Origin: an uncultured delta proteobacterium
GTDB taxonomy: Bacteria > Myxococcota_A > Polyangia > Fen-1088
Length of the DNA stretch: 64,000 nucleotides
NCBI GenBank assembly: GCA_963767925.1
Contig: CAVYGB010000002.1
Location: forward strand, 1,088,001-1,152,000
Reading direction: 5' to 3'
In this document: piece by piece, positions 60,914 through 64,000 of the stretch
Numbering within the stretch: the first letter of the stretch is position 1
How the letters are laid out: the number at the start of each line of letters is the position of its first letter
The notes under the pieces: generated by a model
Database searches by the model: none
Told to the model about the DNA's origin: nothing
The model's input: the letters and a program-made list of their open reading frames with translations, nothing else
Program-made: the position numbers and the translations under genes

Positions 60914-62388
60914 GTCGGGTAGCCCGGGGCAGTTACCCACCCCGGGCCCCCACCGGAACCGGACAAGGAGATTTCCACCATCCGGCTCTTCCGCCGAGAC
61001 GTCTCACGTCAGCTTTGCCCAGAGCTGAACTTTCAGCCGTGGGCGCGGCAGCGGGAATGCTCGAAGAAGGTCCCCGAAGCGCTGCCAGTTCAGGCGCGTG
61101 CGGTTGCTCCGGCGTCGCAGCCACCGGTACCAGATTCTCTCCGCGGCCCTCACGAGCCGGGAAATGCAGGCCAGGTTGCCGTTGACGCCGAAGTAGTTGA
61201 TATGTCCGCTGATGCGCCTGCAGAGCGAGGCGTGCTGCTCCTTGACCGGCTCGTGTCGGTGGCGCCGACAGAAGTCGTTGATGGCTTGCTTGGCCCTCTG
61301 GAGCCTCGCCTTTCGGGTTTTGAAGTTCTGCCCCCAGTGTCCCTTCCGGGTCTTCTGCCACAAGAGCGTGAAACCCAGAAAGTCGAAGCTTCCCGGTCCC
61401 TTGCCTCCATCGTGCCGTGATGACGGCCTTTTGAAGGGCACGAGCCGTGTCTTCTCTGGATGCAGTCGCAGGCCGTTCTCCGCCATCCGCTGTCGCAGCA
61501 TCGCCATCACCATCTCGGCCTCTTCGGGTCGCTCGAAGCCGATGACCAGGTCGTCCGCGTACCTGACGAGGCAGGTTTTGCCTTGCAGCCGCGGCCTGAC
61601 CTGTCGGTCGAGCCACACGTCCAGGACGTGGTGCAGGTAGATGTTGCCCAGCATTGGCGAAAGCACCGACCCTTGTGCCGTACCCACGTCCGGCTCGGTG
61701 TAATCCTCGCCGTCGAGCACTCCCACGTGGAGGCACTTGCCCACGAGTCGCATGAACGACTCGTCGTTCACCCGCAGCCGGAGCATCTCCATCAGCTTTT
61801 TGCGGTCGATGCTGTCGAAGAAGGACTCTATGTCAGCCTCCAGCACCACGTTCACTTCGCCTCGCATGCACGCCGCGTTCAGGGTCCGCAGCGCATCGTG
61901 CGCGCTTCTTCCGGGTCGGAAGCCATACGAGCAGTCCAGAAAGTCCTGTTCGTAGATAGCTCCCAGCACCATCGTCAGCGCGTTTTGCACGACTTTGTCC
62001 TCAATGGTCGAGATGCCGATCGGACGCGTTTTCCCCGGGGCTTTCGGGATGTGCACCCGCCGAATCGGTTGGTGGCGATATCGCACCTCCTTCATCCGCG
62101 TGTGCAGCCCCCGGATGTTGTCATCCAGGTGCGCTCCGTACTGCTCCTTGGTCACCCCATCGACGCCCACCGCCGCATCCTTGCGGATGCGGCCGAACGC
62201 CTCCTTCATCAGCTCCTCGTCCATCAGGTATGCCAGCGCGAGCAACCGGGCTTCGGGTTCCCGTTTCGCTCTCTCCGCTACCTTCATCAGTTTCGGTGAC
62301 AGGTTCGTCGACGTCTTGGCGCCGCTCATGTTCCCCCTCTGAAGTTCGTCTCGACACGGGCCCCCTTTGCTCGGCCGGGTCCGGGTGC
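60914..62388 (-). mobile_element. Group II intron, 5'-truncated copy
   Basis: Matches 4594-6068 (offset 56320); one difference noticed, in domain VI (60927 vs 4607); lacks the 5' 550 nt. Confidence 0.93.
61004..62329 (-). CDS. ltrA: Group II intron reverse transcriptase/maturase (same protein as copy 1)
   Basis: Translation matches 4684-6009; YADD. Confidence 0.93.
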   Translation of the reverse strand: MSGAKTSTNLSPKLMKVAERAKREPEARLLALAYLMDEELMKEAFGRIRKDAAVGVDGVTKEQYGAHLDDNIRGLHTRMKEVRYRHQPIRRVHIPKAPGKTRPIGISTIEDKVVQNALTMVLGAIYEQDFLDCSYGFRPGRSAHDALRTLNAACMRGEVNVVLEADIESFFDSIDRKKLMEMLRLRVNDESFMRLVGKCLHVGVLDGEDYTEPDVGTAQGSVLSPMLGNIYLHHVLDVWLDRQVRPRLQGKTCLVRYADDLVIGFERPEEAEMVMAMLRQRMAENGLRLHPEKTRLVPFKRPSSRHDGGKGPGSFDFLGFTLLWQKTRKGHWGQNFKTRKARLQRAKQAINDFCRRHRHEPVKEQHASLCRRISGHINYFGVNGNLACISRLVRAAERIWYRWLRRRSNRTRLNWQRFGDLLRAFPLPRPRLKVQLWAKLT

Positions 62389-62828
62389 AGGCGGGAAGCG
62401 AGTTCGTCGCCAAGGCGGACGACATCGTGGAGCAGCTGCCGCGTGGACGAGCCTACCTGGCGGACCAACTGCAGCGCGCGGCGACCTCGGTGCCGCTCAA
62501 CGTGGCCGAGGGGGCCGGGGAATTCGGCAGGAAGGACAAGGCGCGCTTCTACCGAATGGCACTGCGGTCGGCGACGGAGTGCGCTGCACTACTGGATGTC
62601 TGCCGCAAGGTGAAGCTCAGCGACGAAGCTACGTTGGGGGCAGGACGCGATCTTCTACTGCGCATCGTCTCGATGCTGACGAAGATGGCGAAGTCGCCCA
62701 TGCGTGGGCCCCAGTCCGAAAATCCGGGTCCGGGAACGGGAACGGGAACGGGAACGGGAACGATCGGGAACACGGCGCCGGTGGCCGCGCGACCGCCAGC
62801 GTTGCCGCCTGATGATAGTCCCGGCTAG
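62388..62828 (+). pseudogene. Four-helix-bundle protein (23S IVS-protein/Avd-like), 5'-truncated
   Basis: LPRGRAYLADQLQRAATSVPLNVAEGAGE...KARFYRMALRSATECAALLD...IVSMLTKM; the native N-terminus is replaced by intron sequence. Confidence 0.85.
62725..62768. repeat. Right inverted repeat, (GGAACG)5 core
   Basis: CGGGTCCG(GGAACG)5ATCGGG. Confidence 0.9.
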
Positions 62829-62961
62829 CAGCACCGAACGGTCTGACCGCGCCGCGGAGGCCCCCTCCGGGCAGACCGTTCGGTGTTCTCGGAGCGCGTC
62901 GAACGGTGCTCCAGGGCGGCGGGCTTTGCGCCCCATTGAACCTCGTTCATTATAGGCCCCC

Positions 62962-64000
62962 ATGGAGAGCCTGCGGCCGCCCGCCCCGGTCAAACGGATC
63001 CTCGCCGCCCTGACCGCCGCCGGCGCGGTCGCCACCGCCGCGTTGATCACCACCGCCGTCAGGGCCGCCGCGGAAGCTCCCACGGGCGGAGCGACCCCCG
63101 CCGCGGAGCCTCGCGCCGGGGCGACCGCCGCCACCGCGGCCACCGCGCCGCTCGTGCCCCTGCCCCCGCAGCCGCCCGACGTCCCCTGGCCCACCCGGCA
63201 GTGGCCCACCGGTCCCTTGCCCGAAGGCGTCGCCGCCGCCGCCGACCGGGAGCTGGGGGTCGTCGATCGACTCGAATCCCGTCCTGGGCCAGACCCGGGC
63301 GGTGCTGATCGTCCACCGCGGCCGGCTGGTTGTGGAGCGCTACCGGCCCGGGTTCGGACCGGATACGCCCCTCATCTCCTGGTCGGTCGCCAAGTCGATC
63401 ACCCAGGCTCTGGTGGGCATCGGCGTGCGCCAGGGGCTCGTCGACATCGACCGGCCGATGGGCCACCCCCGCTGGGCGGCGGGCGATCGGCGGGCGGCCA
63501 TCCCCTGGCGGCAGTGGATCAACATGATCGACGGGCAGGCCTTCGACGAGATCACCGCCACCAGCCCCACCGAAAACGACTCGGCCCGCATGCTGTTCGG
63601 GGAGGGGCGGCGCGACGTGGCCGCCTTCGGCGCCAGCCTGCCGCTGGTCCACCCGCCCGGCACCCACTGGAACTACAACTCCGCCGGGGTCAACCTGGTC
63701 GCCGATGCCCTCGGCCGGCTGCTGGCCCCCGGCGCCGCCCCCGCCGAGCGCCGCGCCCGCATGCTCCGCTTCATGAAGCAGGAGCTGTTCGACCCGATCG
63801 GCATGACCACGGCGCGCCCGCTGTTCGACGCCGCCGGCACCTTCATGGGCAGCGCCATGTTCTACGCGACCGCCCGCGACTACGCCCGCTTCGGGCTGCT
63901 GTACCTGCGCGACGGCGTCTGGGACGGCCGGCGCCTGCTGCCCGAGGGCTGGGTCGACTTCGCCCGCAGCAGCCCCCCCGTGAAGACGGGATCGCTGGCC
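62962..64000 (+). CDS. Serine hydrolase, beta-lactamase family (partial, frameshift near 63250-63290)
   Basis: Signal-like N-terminus; TRAVLIVHRGRLVVERY, SWSVAKS, WNYNS, LFDPIGM, ARDYARFG.LYLRDGVW. Confidence 0.85.
   Translation, partial: MESLRPPAPVKRILAALTAAGAVATAALITTAVRAAAEAPTGGATPAAEPRAGATAATAATAPLVPLPPQPPDVPWPTRQWPTGPLPEGVAAAADRELGVVDRLESRPGPDPGGADRPPRPAGCGALPARVRTGYAPHLLVGRQVDHPGSGGHRRAPGARRHRPADGPPPLGGGRSAGGHPLAAVDQHDRRAGLRRDHRHQPHRKRLGPHAVRGGAARRGRLRRQPAAGPPARHPLELQLRRGQPGRRCPRPAAGPRRRPRRAPRPHAPLHEAGAVRPDRHDHGAPAVRRRRHLHGQRHVLRDRPRLRPLRAAVPARRRLGRPAPAARGLGRLRPQQPPREDGIAG

Noticed and set aside
62330..62425. 32-aa N-terminal extension of RT copy 2
   Set aside because: It arises from the antisense strand of the four-helix gene across the truncation junction; the RBS-supported start is 62329.

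Overview
Very GC-rich bacterial chromosomal DNA that looks myxobacterial: many lipoproteins with Gly/Pro linkers, a Ser/Thr kinase-ECF sigma pair and CCCCTCACCC-type palindromic repeats. Housekeeping and metabolic genes include the 3' end of hutI, hutG, an IHF/HU gene, serS and a serine/threonine dehydratase. Envelope genes include an orphan GspD secretin and a TonB-ExbB-ExbD-ExbD-TBDR-lipoprotein operon. The most striking feature is two near-identical copies of a group II intron: a full-length copy at 4594-6618 and a 5'-truncated copy at 60914-62388, both on the minus strand. The intron's EBS1 (CGUGUU) is exactly complementary to a hexamer microsatellite unit (AACACG). Both copies sit at the same position of a shared ~100-bp element, and each lies beside a damaged four-helix-bundle (Avd/IVS-protein-like) gene that is flanked by inverted hexamer arrays. 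Other candidates are a neprosin + glutaminyl cyclase lipoprotein pair, a GT4 with an RRE-like tail behind a small acidic ORF, a tandem-globin lipoprotein, a Cu-only SOD-like lipoprotein, an exported Ppx-like protein, a kinase/oxygenase chimera and a possible sRNA. Several genes carry single-base frameshifts that look like long-read consensus errors. All family calls come from motif recognition by eye; no searches were run.
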